Assembly (NCBI GenBank): GCA_965228855.1
Contig: CBDDIJ010000002.1
Location: 2,304,001-2,368,000, forward strand
DNA from: Candidatus Obscuribacterales bacterium
GTDB taxonomy: Bacteria > Cyanobacteriota > Vampirovibrionia > Obscuribacterales > Obscuribacteraceae
Length of the DNA: 64,000 bases
Direction: 5' to 3'
In this document: piece by piece, positions 1 through 9,677 of the stretch
Position numbering within the stretch: position 1 is the first letter of the stretch
Layout of the letters: each line of letters begins with the position of its first letter
Program-made: the position numbers and the translations under genes
The notes under the pieces: model-generated
What the model was told of the DNA's origin: nothing
Seen by the model: the letters and a program-made list of their open reading frames with translations, nothing else
Databases searched by the model: none

Positions 1-1057
1 GGACGCGAATATTGTCTAACGTGATCGGCATGTTTACTACGACGAGCTCAATTCGCTCACGTTTGCAAAGCTCAACCAGCTTCAGCAGGAAGTAGTGCTG
101 AATCTTGTACATATGAAGATCGGGATTTTTGTAGCGTTCGCGATACTCTGGCGTGTTATCTGAGAAAGTCGGCGGCTCGTTCGGATCCTGTGGGTGGACG
201 ACGACAGCCAGCGGATGAATCTCACCGGCTTTATATTCCGGAAGAAGTTTGATTCTGTCCCAGTACGTAAACTGTTTCTTGCCAATCGGTTTTGGAAACA
301 CTTTGTCTAACACTGACTCGACTTTATCGTGAGCAAGCATGTGAATGTCGAGCGCGTTTTGATAAAGATAGCAATCGCGTTCGAGAATGAAGTTGAGTTT
401 GTCCCACGGTGATTTGAACACCTTGCCCCAGCTGTCATCCAGGTTGACCAGTCTGTGCAGGAAGCGGAATGCTTCGGTATCGACCGGAGTGATCATGGAG
501 CTGTCGTAAAAATCTCGGGGCGCTACACCGTAGACGACCACGTCAGGACGCTGATGTGTTTTGAGCATCGTCTGTAGTGTCATGTACGCATCAGACGGCA
601 TTTGTCCCGGACCAGCCAGGTTGTATGTTTTAAACGTTCCGCCGAACTTTTCAGCCAACAGTTTGTCAAAGTAGATTGCATGGTGGTAGTTGGCGAGGTT
701 CAACTCTTTCTGCATGTACATTGCGTCGGAGTTGTTGACCGCACTGACCATGAGTGAGGAACCTAGTAGAGCAACGTTATATTCGGCTTTGCTCTTGCGC
801 AGGTCGTTGAACGTCCACCAGGCCCAGCCTTCATAAGGGAATTTGAATTTGTCGAAGTCGAACGGAGTTGTGAAACTCATCAACAAATTCGCCGCAATGA
901 AAATTGCCAGTGCTACGTTGAATACGCTACGCCTACCGTCTTTGTACTTCCTGGTTGGCTCGTCTGGAACTTGCTCTGTGAGCGGCCCGACGTGGTCTTC
1001 TGCACGAATAGATTCGGCAAGAATTTCGATTGTGTTACGTGGAGCTTTGACGGTCAC
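1..1057 (-). CDS. SGNH/DltD-like (DUF1574-like) membrane-anchored protein, partial (runs off window start)
   Basis: Not in the ORF track. Hand translation from GTG at 1057 (overlapping the upstream stop) gives a TM segment, then VALLGSSLMV, TYNLAGPGQMPSDAY and RPDVVVYGVAPRDF, clearly paralogous to 1054..2508. Confidence 0.8.
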   Translation of the reverse strand, partial: MTVKAPRNTIEILAESIRAEDHVGPLTEQVPDEPTRKYKDGRRSVFNVALAIFIAANLLMSFTTPFDFDKFKFPYEGWAWWTFNDLRKSKAEYNVALLGSSLMVSAVNNSDAMYMQKELNLANYHHAIYFDKLLAEKFGGTFKTYNLAGPGQMPSDAYMTLQTMLKTHQRPDVVVYGVAPRDFYDSSMITPVDTEAFRFLHRLVNLDDSWGKVFKSPWDKLNFILERDCYLYQNALDIHMLAHDKVESVLDKVFPKPIGKKQFTYWDRIKLLPEYKAGEIHPLAVVVHPQDPNEPPTFSDNTPEYRERYKNPDLHMYKIQHYFLLKLVELCKRERIELVVVNMPITLDNIRV

Positions 1058-2508
1058 ATCGCACCGTCCTTCACTCCGGCAATTTGTTTTGCCGGGTTCA
1101 ACTGTTCGCTGCTTCCACCGCCTGGATTGGTTCGGCTGCTTGCATCGATTGAGTTAGCCGTTGATTGCGACGCGGCAATCGGGGCATCCAGACTCGCTAC
1201 TTGAGGCTCGGTATCATCATGTCGATTGATGTTGAATGATGAAATTATCTCGTGATTGTCGGCCAACTTCTTAGCGAGCATGTCCAGAAGGCGCGCGCCA
1301 CCACCGGAGTGCAGGTGAACCGTATCGCCGAAATCGGACAGCGGGAATTGTTTTGTCGCATAGAAATCGAAATAAGTAGCGCCTTTCGCTGCAGCCAGTT
1401 TTTCCAAGCTGGTTTTGTACTGTTCCCATGCTTTGTCCGAAATCAGTTGGCGGTTGATGTCGGTAATCGGCATGGCGAGAAGAACCACATGCGTGCCTCG
1501 GGCATTCGCTGTGTCGAGAATGTCTGTAAGGAATTGCATTTGCGATTCAAACGTATCTTGTTTGAGCGTTTTATATCGCTTTCTGTATTCGTCGATGTTG
1601 TCGACGAAGGGCGGGCGATTTTTTTCGTCAGTCGGGCGGAAGTAGCATTCTTTGAGGTTTATCTCAAAAGGATGATATTCGGGCAACAAGCCCCGGCGTT
1701 TGTCCGTGCTCGACGGCGTGACGTTTGGGAACGTGGCTACGAGGAAGTTATTGAACTGTCGCGAAATCGAAGTCATGATGTTTTCGCTTTCGCCCAGCGG
1801 GTAAATGGCGCGTGCGAGTTCGTAGGCGAGCCGTTCTTCCCACTTCGGAGCGATTAAATCTATGCGCTCGTTATAGTCGCCCAGACGGGAAAGGTAGCGG
1901 AACGGGTCCGTCGCTTTCGGGCTGGGCAAGAGGTTATCCATGAAGTCGCGAGGACCGACTCCGTAAACTATCACGTCGGGACGCTTTTCGTTTTTCAACA
2001 AAAACTTGGTGAGCAGATAGGCGTCCGAAGGCATCTCTCCTGGCAAGGCGAGGTTGAAAGTCTTGATGGAATCGCCCGAGTACTCTTTGAATTTCGATTC
2101 GAAGAAAATGCTCTTGTGATGTTTCGCGCCATCAATCGGCTTCTTTGTGAAGTCGGCATCGACGCCGTCAAGCGGCACCAGCATTAATGACGAGCCCAGG
2201 AAGACCAGGTTTGGAGTCGGTGTTTTGGGGTTGTTGTACTCTTTGATTGCCCATGAAGTCCAGGTTGGATACGGGAAATCTTCCGGATGTAGTGAGCCGA
2301 GTTTGGTTGCAGCCATCAACTGGCATGCAACCGCGAACATTGCCAATCCCCAGAGCGCAGTGCTGGCATAGACTCTGCGTCCGCCGCTCTTCTGCTCCGC
2401 AGCCTGAGGTTCGCACGCTGCCGGTCTACCGTCTAGGACGGCAGTCGAACTGCGTGGGATTCCTGCTGATTCTTTCGTCGGTACCGACATGGTTTGAGAC
2501 TCAGTCAT
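1054..2508 (-). CDS. SGNH-fold DltD/AlgJ-like (DUF1574-like) acyltransferase partner
   Basis: N-terminal TM; FLGSS nucleophile block; C-terminal FGDTVHL (DxxH); directly downstream of an MBOAT gene. Confidence 0.75.
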   Translation of the reverse strand: MTESQTMSVPTKESAGIPRSSTAVLDGRPAACEPQAAEQKSGGRRVYASTALWGLAMFAVACQLMAATKLGSLHPEDFPYPTWTSWAIKEYNNPKTPTPNLVFLGSSLMLVPLDGVDADFTKKPIDGAKHHKSIFFESKFKEYSGDSIKTFNLALPGEMPSDAYLLTKFLLKNEKRPDVIVYGVGPRDFMDNLLPSPKATDPFRYLSRLGDYNERIDLIAPKWEERLAYELARAIYPLGESENIMTSISRQFNNFLVATFPNVTPSSTDKRRGLLPEYHPFEINLKECYFRPTDEKNRPPFVDNIDEYRKRYKTLKQDTFESQMQFLTDILDTANARGTHVVLLAMPITDINRQLISDKAWEQYKTSLEKLAAAKGATYFDFYATKQFPLSDFGDTVHLHSGGGARLLDMLAKKLADNHEIISSFNINRHDDTEPQVASLDAPIAASQSTANSIDASSRTNPGGGSSEQLNPAKQIAGVKDGAM

Positions 2509-2511
2509 TAA

Positions 2512-3963
2512 TTAGAACTGGAAGTAGATGAATCTAGGCGAGCTGTCAGGGCTGAAGATGGTGAGCAAGCACATGAGTGCCACCATCACGCCGACCTGCA
2601 CCGCCCACGGTGGCCTTTGATAAAACTTCTTATCGTTGAGCCAATTGACTGCGAGGTGCGCGATCATCAGTCCGGGGATGAGGAACAGCAGTGATGGGAA
2701 GATTAGCGGATCGCGAATCTTGAGTACTTCAAGCTGGTTGAGACTGAAGCTGAATAGATCGATCGGTGCCGATGCCATTTTTGTGAGCATCTTCATTGCG
2801 ATGGTTACGGTGTCGGCACGGAAGAAAACCCAACCGACGCAGACGAAGTGGAAAGTAATGATCACAGACATTACGTGATAGACCTTGCTCTCGATGACGC
2901 TTTTGGGCACGCGCAGCATTTCTGTCAGGTGCTGCCATTCGCGGTGAAGAATCAAGATAACGCCTTGATAGACACCCCATACGAGGAAGTGCATCGCCGC
3001 GCCGTGCCAGAGACCACCAAGCGCCATTGTTATGAACAAATTGCGAGCGGTAAAGAAGCGATTTCCACGCGAGCCGCCTAATGGAATAAACAGATAGTCG
3101 CGCAGCCAGGTCGAAAGGCTTATGTGCCAGCGACGCCAGAAATCGGCCGCGTTTGACGCTATATAAGGAAGGTTGAAGTTGATCGGAACTTTATAGCCGA
3201 ACAACATTGCTGAACCGCGTGCGACGTCGGTATAACCAGCAAAGTCGAAGAAGATTTGAAACGCGAATGCGTAAGTGATCAACCAAAGGTCAACGGAGGA
3301 GAATTGCTCGGGATGTGTGAAACCGGCCTGAGCTACGAGGGCAAGGTTATCTGCGAGCAAAACCTTTTTTGCCAGACCAATGAGTATGAGGTGCATGCCT
3401 TCATCGACATATTCCCATTTGAATTTGCTCTTGATGTCGAGCTGCGGGATGAAGTCCTGGTAGCGCTTAATAGGACCGGCTATCTGGGTTGGGAAAAAGG
3501 ACGCGAATAGTGAGAAGTTCAGGAAATTCTTCACTAGAGGCTTACCGCGATAGACTTCGACTGCGTAGTGAATGAACTCGAAAACGAAGAACGAAATTCC
3601 AAGCGGCAGAATGATATGTAGATGTGGCTCTCGCCAGTCGATGCCACCCACAGCCAGACCGGACTTGATAGCGTCTACTGTGAAGTATGCGTATTTAAAG
3701 ATTCCGAGGGTGATCAGGTTGGCCGCTACAACGATTCCCAGCCAGAGCTTCTTGCGGGTGACCGATTTCGCAATCATCGGCACGAGCAGGAAGTTGCCCA
3801 GCGTCAAGCCAAAGATCAGGATTCCGTATATTGGCTTCCACGACATGTAGAACAAATAGCTTGCCACCAAAAGTAGTGGCACGCGCAATTTGTGCGGCGT
3901 GATCCAATAAAGTAAGAAAACGACCGGGAGAAAAACAAGGTACTGCAGGCTGTTAAATAGCAA
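2512..3963 (-). CDS. MBOAT family O-acyltransferase (AlgI/DltB-like)
   Basis: MLFNS start; LPLGISFF, GPIKRY, DFAGYTD, FWRRWHISLSTWLRDYLFIPLGG and GLWHGA motifs; polytopic membrane protein. Confidence 0.95.
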   Translation of the reverse strand: MLFNSLQYLVFLPVVFLLYWITPHKLRVPLLLVASYLFYMSWKPIYGILIFGLTLGNFLLVPMIAKSVTRKKLWLGIVVAANLITLGIFKYAYFTVDAIKSGLAVGGIDWREPHLHIILPLGISFFVFEFIHYAVEVYRGKPLVKNFLNFSLFASFFPTQIAGPIKRYQDFIPQLDIKSKFKWEYVDEGMHLILIGLAKKVLLADNLALVAQAGFTHPEQFSSVDLWLITYAFAFQIFFDFAGYTDVARGSAMLFGYKVPINFNLPYIASNAADFWRRWHISLSTWLRDYLFIPLGGSRGNRFFTARNLFITMALGGLWHGAAMHFLVWGVYQGVILILHREWQHLTEMLRVPKSVIESKVYHVMSVIITFHFVCVGWVFFRADTVTIAMKMLTKMASAPIDLFSFSLNQLEVLKIRDPLIFPSLLFLIPGLMIAHLAVNWLNDKKFYQRPPWAVQVGVMVALMCLLTIFSPDSSPRFIYFQF

Positions 3964-4272
3964 ACTAAGTTCTCCTTGGACTCCAAAACGTGAGCAGTGC
4001 GCCGTCCAGATAAGTTTTCAATGGATAGCGAGTCACATGATATCGGCTTGTTTTCAAGAATTCCAGAAGCCCGCGCCTGTCTTTACTTAAAACGTTTATA
4101 GTACTGGCTGCTGACCTTCTGAATGCAGGCAGAGCAGGCAGTCTTGAGTGCTTGACTACGCACAAAAGTGCAGATTAGAAGAATGAAGTTGTAAGGAGAA
4201 AAACACAAACCGCGCCCACAGGATGCTTGATTAATTCGCTCAAACTTGAGCGAGGTTTAATCGAGGCGTTCC

Positions 4273-5298
4273 TCATAGCTTCAGCTTTGCTTTAACGAAT
4301 CGCTTAACGCGAGGCATGCTTTGTGAGACCATTTGCGCGTCGTTGTCATTCTTGCCTATCAGACCGGCGACCGTTTCCGCGCAAGCCTCGCCGGGGTCGA
4401 TATAGTAATTGAGTTGACTGCGAACGTCGTCCGGCATGTCGTTGACATCGAGCTTTAGCATGGCGGCAAAACTTGGATCCTTGGAAATTGAACCAAGACA
4501 GTCGTCTACGGCATGACCTATTTCGTGCAAGGAAGTGTCTTTTATCTCGTGAGCTGGACGAATATCCTTGAGGTCCGTCGTCCCACGTACCTGTGCGCGT
4601 TCGTACACATGAATATCGCGTCCATAAGTCCGGCCGACTTCCTCACCCATCGTTGTTGTCGACGAGCCCGGCTTCATGCCATCTCCAGAGCCCGGCCATT
4701 TGTCGATGATATTAGGCGCGAGAGTGAAAGTGGCGTTGTTATCGTCAAGTATGCTTATCACTTGTGGTGGTAGGTTCAGTATTACGTCCCGTACTGTGGT
4801 GAGAGTTCCCTGGCTTATTGGTTGGTGACCGAACTTTGGCGGATAGCAGGTCAGTTTATCAATGAACTTGTTCTTCTTCGCATTAGCAGGTGGGGGGGCA
4901 GCTGCACTTGCCGTTTCTGCTGGTTTTGTGGGAGTTGCGACCGGAAGAGGTTTTATCTTGCGTAGAGCGAACTGGGCATGAACTGCCTCCGGCGAGGTCG
5001 GAAACTTCGCCACCAGCGAACGGTAAACGCTTATCGCGCGCGTTTTGTCATTAGTTGCAGCGTACGAGTGACCTAAGTAGAGCCATGCTGTAGCACTTCC
5101 TTTGCCGTTTGCCACTAATTCGTGGAATAGTTGTGCTGCACTCTTATAGTCCGCTTTTTTGTAGGCTTCGACGGCTGCTTTGTAGGCATCTCCGGCGACT
5201 TCTGCTGACGATGCCGCACAAAGTGAACTTACGCCGACGATAGCCATTGATGCACAAAATAATCTGACTTTCATCCGCGCTCCTGTGACAGGCATCAC
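4273..5298 (-). CDS. Secreted TPR protein with C-terminal zincin (anthrax lethal factor/ATLF-like) metallopeptidase domain
   Basis: Signal peptide; TPR-like helices (AWLYLGHSY); Pro/Ala linker; HEIGH zinc motif with downstream EACAE. Confidence 0.75.
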   Translation of the reverse strand: MMPVTGARMKVRLFCASMAIVGVSSLCAASSAEVAGDAYKAAVEAYKKADYKSAAQLFHELVANGKGSATAWLYLGHSYAATNDKTRAISVYRSLVAKFPTSPEAVHAQFALRKIKPLPVATPTKPAETASAAAPPPANAKKNKFIDKLTCYPPKFGHQPISQGTLTTVRDVILNLPPQVISILDDNNATFTLAPNIIDKWPGSGDGMKPGSSTTTMGEEVGRTYGRDIHVYERAQVRGTTDLKDIRPAHEIKDTSLHEIGHAVDDCLGSISKDPSFAAMLKLDVNDMPDDVRSQLNYYIDPGEACAETVAGLIGKNDNDAQMVSQSMPRVKRFVKAKLKL

Positions 5299-5310
5299 TT
5301 TTGCGGGCGA

Positions 5311-6033
5311 TTAGCCGCCGGATTTACTGGACTTGCTGAAACCTTCGGGTATGAGCTGATAGCCGCCGCCATAGACGGTTTTGATGTATTTGCGGTCGCC
5401 TGCTTCGAGGCGGGTTCGAAGGTGTCTGATGTGGACTCGAATTGTGTCGACATCGTCGTCAGGCGAATAACCCCAGACTTCTTCCAGAAGTTTGCCGGTG
5501 CTGACGGTTTGACCGTGGTGTTGCATCAGGCAATGCAAAATTTCAAATTCGGTAGGAGTCAATTTGACGATCCGCTCTCCCACCTTGGCTTGCAGGTTCT
5601 CAGGAATGAGCGTGATTTCGCCTGCCGTAAGTATTTCCGGCAGCGTCGCTGAATGTGGCACTGAGCCAGCACGTCGAAGAAGTGCTCTGACCCGGACTTG
5701 CAGCTCCGGAATTTCAAATGGTTTCACCAGGTAGTCGTCTGCGCCGGAATCAAATCCGGTGACCTTATCTTTGGTCATCCCCAGGGCCGTGAGCATCAAA
5801 ATTGGAATTGGATGCGTCTGGGGGTTTTGACGCAGTCGCTGGCAGACGGTGAAGCCGTCGAGGTCCGGCATCATGACATCGAGAACGACCATGTCCGGAT
5901 GATTCTGCTGCGCGAGTGCCAGGCCCTTTATGCCGTCGCTGGCGGTTTCAACGTGATGTCCAAGCAACTCAAGGTTGATCTTTACGAGTTCCGCGATGGC
6001 GTGGTCATCGTCTATTACTAGAATTCTTGCCAA
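5311..6033 (-). CDS. rpaA: OmpR-family response regulator, RpaA-like
   Basis: RILVIDDD...DGIKG.ALA.Q..PD receiver; C-terminal [12 protein letters not shown]...[22 protein letters not shown]...[10 protein letters not shown] matches the cyanobacterial RpaA signature. Confidence 0.85.
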   Translation of the reverse strand: MARILVIDDDHAIAELVKINLELLGHHVETASDGIKGLALAQQNHPDMVVLDVMMPDLDGFTVCQRLRQNPQTHPIPILMLTALGMTKDKVTGFDSGADDYLVKPFEIPELQVRVRALLRRAGSVPHSATLPEILTAGEITLIPENLQAKVGERIVKLTPTEFEILHCLMQHHGQTVSTGKLLEEVWGYSPDDDVDTIRVHIRHLRTRLEAGDRKYIKTVYGGGYQLIPEGFSKSSKSGG

Positions 6034-6057
6034 TGTCCTCTCCGCATCTAGGTGAAA

Positions 6058-7296
6058 TTAGTCAGTCCGAGTAACCGCTAATTTTACTGGAATTTTCATG
6101 ATTCGCGGACCTTTATCGGCGTCATTCCGCAGAACTGTGAGATTCACCACTTGACCTGGGTCCTTCTTTTCGACATACGAAAGCAAGTCGTCGACCTGGC
6201 GGACCTCTATATTGTCAACCGCGACTATCAGATCTGCGAGGTTGCGATCCATCTGGCGCATTACAATTCCGCCTCCGAGGTTGTAGACCACAAGCTTTGG
6301 AACTCTCAAACCCGCTTCGGCGGAAGGTCCCTTGGGATCGAGTTGCATGACGCGCAATCCGAAAATGGCGCCGGTTCTGGTTCTCACGCCTTCCGGGTGA
6401 AGAAGCACAATACCCATGTCCGGGCGTTTGACTATGCCGTGCTTGATCAACTCAGGCACAATCGTTTTCGTAATATTTGCGGGGATCGCCAGACCAATGC
6501 CGGCCGATTGTCCGGAGCGACTCAGAATTGCAGTTGTAATACCGATAACTTTTCCCTGGGTGTCGAGCAGCGGACCACCGGAGTTACCCGGATTTATAGC
6601 CGCATCTGTTTGAATAATGCCTTTGATCAAACGTTTATTGGGCGTTGTGAACGTTCTATTCAAACTGGATACGATGCCCTGTGTCATCGTGTGATCCAGA
6701 CCAAATGGATTTCCGATCGCGAAGACGCGGCGACCCGGCTGTAAGTTCGATGAGTCGCCCCATTCGACGTAGTTGAACTTGCGACCAGCCTCAGCTTGAA
6801 TCTTAATAACAGCCAAATCGTTGGACGGGTCTTTGCCGATAACGCGAGCCGGAAGGCTCGTGCCGTCGAAGAATGTAACCTTAACTGCGTCCGCATCACC
6901 AGTCACGTGGTTGTTGGTTACGATATGTCCTTCCGGGCTGATTACGACTCCGGAGCCGATGCCCTCTTGATTGTCGTGTCCGTAAAAATAGACTTGCTCG
7001 GCTGTAGCAAGCGGCGCAATGTTGACGACTGCTCTATAGGACTTCTCGTAGACGCTCACGTTGACCTTTTCGTCAGGTGTAAGTCCGGCAGTGCTTATTG
7101 ATTTTGGCGAATGCGACAACGTGGATTTTCCGACCGGCTTGGTCAATGTTTTTTTCGTAGCTGTCGACTTAGTTCCCGTTGACTGTGCTGCTGAAGCTGG
7201 CGTCGACAGACCTGTGGGTGCCAACGTCGCGGCGATGATTAGCATAGTCGCAAGCGACGAAACGCTACGCTCTGTGACCTTCTTGAACATACTCAT
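6058..7296 (-). CDS. htrA: HtrA/DegP-family trypsin-like serine protease with PDZ domain
   Basis: Signal peptide; TNNHV, DLAV and TDAAINPGNSGGPL triad motifs; C-terminal PDZ. Confidence 0.92.
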   Translation of the reverse strand: MSMFKKVTERSVSSLATMLIIAATLAPTGLSTPASAAQSTGTKSTATKKTLTKPVGKSTLSHSPKSISTAGLTPDEKVNVSVYEKSYRAVVNIAPLATAEQVYFYGHDNQEGIGSGVVISPEGHIVTNNHVTGDADAVKVTFFDGTSLPARVIGKDPSNDLAVIKIQAEAGRKFNYVEWGDSSNLQPGRRVFAIGNPFGLDHTMTQGIVSSLNRTFTTPNKRLIKGIIQTDAAINPGNSGGPLLDTQGKVIGITTAILSRSGQSAGIGLAIPANITKTIVPELIKHGIVKRPDMGIVLLHPEGVRTRTGAIFGLRVMQLDPKGPSAEAGLRVPKLVVYNLGGGIVMRQMDRNLADLIVAVDNIEVRQVDDLLSYVEKKDPGQVVNLTVLRNDADKGPRIMKIPVKLAVTRTD

Positions 7297-7522
7297 TCTG
7301 CTCCACTTGTTTCATTACAATGTTCGACGGACTGGTTCAGGAATTCCATCCTGGTTAGGAAACCGACAGTTGCTGCGTTTTTCTACACATGCAATGGCGC
7401 TGCACATAAGCGCCCCCATCCGGACTGGAACTCCTTCCGTGCCAAGTCATGTTATTGTCCGACGCGCACCTTTCACCCTTGTTTCCTCAATTCAGTATTC
7501 AAGCACTTTTCTGAGATTTATG

Positions 7523-8260
7523 TTATTCCGAGCTCTTTCGGCCGCGTTGGTCGAGGTTCCCTGAATTCGATGAAGCTCGATCTGGGCCGGCGTCCGTCCC
7601 ACGGATTTCTTGGGGCGGGGTCTGAGGCTGCTTCGGCTTATCGCCAATTTTTGATTCGGTCCCTGCCATCAAGCGTTTTATATTGTCTTTATGGCGGACC
7701 ACGACGTAGACGCATGCCACCAGTGAGAAGACTAATACCGCAGGTGGTGCGCCGCAAAAATACATGAAAGCCGGACACGCAAGAGCTGCCGTGATTGATG
7801 CTAGTGAAACAAACTTGCTTACAAAAACAATTGCAATCCACCAGCCAAAAGTTAGCGAGGCCGCCATCGGGTTCAACCCATACAGAGTGCCAAGAGTTGT
7901 AGCCGCGCTCTTCCCTCCGCTGAAGCCCAGGAAGATAGATTTGCTATGTCCTACGATGCAAATGATTGCCACCAGGGTTGGTATCAGGTGAGGGTAATAG
8001 AACGGCAAAGTGTTCCAGACGCTCTGCTCAAGATAGGCAGCCAGCGCGACGGGAATGTATCCCTTAATAACGTCGAAGACTAGTACGAAAATTCCGGCGC
8101 CCTTGCCTGCGGCTCGTAAGACGTTTGTCGCACCGGTGGAGCCGCTTCCGATCGTTCTTATGTCAATACCTTTGAGCGATTTGACTACCCAGTATCCCGT
8201 CGGAATCGATCCCGCTACATATGCGAGAAGCAAAATCCCGATAGCATACGCGGTGCTCAT
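7523..8260 (-). CDS. plsY: Glycerol-3-phosphate acyltransferase PlsY
   Basis: GSIPTGY, DIRTIGSGSTGATNVLR, FSGGKSAAT and RHKDNIKRL motifs; 4-bp overlap with der. Confidence 0.95.
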   Translation of the reverse strand: MSTAYAIGILLLAYVAGSIPTGYWVVKSLKGIDIRTIGSGSTGATNVLRAAGKGAGIFVLVFDVIKGYIPVALAAYLEQSVWNTLPFYYPHLIPTLVAIICIVGHSKSIFLGFSGGKSAATTLGTLYGLNPMAASLTFGWWIAIVFVSKFVSLASITAALACPAFMYFCGAPPAVLVFSLVACVYVVVRHKDNIKRLMAGTESKIGDKPKQPQTPPQEIRGTDAGPDRASSNSGNLDQRGRKSSE

Positions 8261-9648
8261 TTACCTTCTCGCTTTTTGGGTCGGGCGGCAATTCGAATCG
8301 GTGTTCCGGTGAATCCGAACGCTTCGCGAATTTTTCGTTCCAAATATACTTTGTAGTTCGCGCCCAGAAGTTTTTCATCATTGACGAACAATATAAATGT
8401 AGGCGGCGCTGAAGACACTTGGGTTGCGTAATAGACTTTGAGGCGCTTGCCGCGCTTACTGGCAGGAGGCGGCACGAGGGCTACCGCTTCGCTGACGACC
8501 TGATTGACGAGGTTGGTCGAAATGCGGCGGTGGGTTTCTGCAAAGGCACGCTCCGCCGCTTCAATTATTTTGCCGACCCTCAGCTTCGTAAGAGCGCTTG
8601 TGAAGAGGACCTCTGCGTAAGCAATGTGCCTCATCTCCGCCTTGACTTCGGCGAGCATTTTATTCATCGTCGCGGAGGATTTGTTTTCGATTAAGTCCCA
8701 TTTGTTGAAAACCAGCACCACGCCTCGACCAGCTTCCTCGATCTTCGCTGCGATCTTTTGATCTTGATCGGTTATCGGTTCTGAAGCGTCGATGACATGA
8801 ACGGTGACATCAGCGTGGTCGATTGCTCGAATGGATCTGACGACGGAGAAGCCCTCGATTCCGTAGTCTACGCGTGACTTGCGACGAATGCCGGCCGTGT
8901 CGATTAGAGTGATATCTCGGCCATGAAATTTGATCGGTGTGTCGATGGCATCACGAGTGGTGCCAGGTACATCGGACACAATCGTTCTATCGGCACCGCA
9001 CAAAACGTTCAGTATCGAGGATTTACCGACGTTCGGTTTGCCGACGATGGCGATTGAGAATGGTTTAGTAGACAGATCTTCTTCTGTTTCTTCTATGCCT
9101 TCGTCGTCTTCAAAACCGTTCTTATCTTTTTTGGTTGCTTTTGTGCCCTTCGTGAAATTTTGCACGATCAAGTCGAGCAAATCGCCGACGCCGCCAGTTC
9201 CCCGCGCCGCTGACAATGAATGCGGTTCCCCGAGGCCGAGCGCGTGAAATTCCGGCACGTTGATTTGTTCCGCCGGGCGATCGATTTTATTGACAGCAAG
9301 AATAATCGGTTTTTTGCTGCGTCTCAAAAGATTGGCTACATCTTCATCTTGACCGGTCGGGCCTTCCTTGCCGTCGACCATGAAAACAATCACATCTGCT
9401 TCGTCGATCGCGAGCATGACCTGGTCGCGCACGTGAGCTGCCATGGGCTCTTCCGTTTCCGTGATGATCCCGCCCGTGTCGACGAGCACGAAATCATGAC
9501 CGCTCCAGTCTGTTTCAACATATAAACGATCGCGAGTGACGCCCGGGCGGTCGTCTACGATTGCATGGCGCCTGCCGATGCAACGATTGAAGAAAGTAGA
9601 TTTTCCGACATTTGGCCGACCAACTATGGCGACCACATTCTTGGCCAT
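8257..9648 (-). CDS. der: Ribosome biogenesis GTPase Der (EngA)
   Basis: Two G domains (GRPNVGKS/DTGG/NKID and GKPNVGKS/DTAG/NKWD) plus KH-like C-terminus. Confidence 0.98.
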   Translation of the reverse strand: MAKNVVAIVGRPNVGKSTFFNRCIGRRHAIVDDRPGVTRDRLYVETDWSGHDFVLVDTGGIITETEEPMAAHVRDQVMLAIDEADVIVFMVDGKEGPTGQDEDVANLLRRSKKPIILAVNKIDRPAEQINVPEFHALGLGEPHSLSAARGTGGVGDLLDLIVQNFTKGTKATKKDKNGFEDDEGIEETEEDLSTKPFSIAIVGKPNVGKSSILNVLCGADRTIVSDVPGTTRDAIDTPIKFHGRDITLIDTAGIRRKSRVDYGIEGFSVVRSIRAIDHADVTVHVIDASEPITDQDQKIAAKIEEAGRGVVLVFNKWDLIENKSSATMNKMLAEVKAEMRHIAYAEVLFTSALTKLRVGKIIEAAERAFAETHRRISTNLVNQVVSEAVALVPPPASKRGKRLKVYYATQVSSAPPTFILFVNDEKLLGANYKVYLERKIREAFGFTGTPIRIAARPKKREGK

Positions 9649-9677
9649 GGGACAACCTCTGTGGTCGCTTAACTATA

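Noticed and set aside
7400..7490. FMN-riboswitch-like words upstream of htrA (AGGGTGAAA, AGTCCGGATGGG on the minus strand)
   Set aside because: The intervening conserved core is missing and the downstream gene is unrelated to flavin metabolism.
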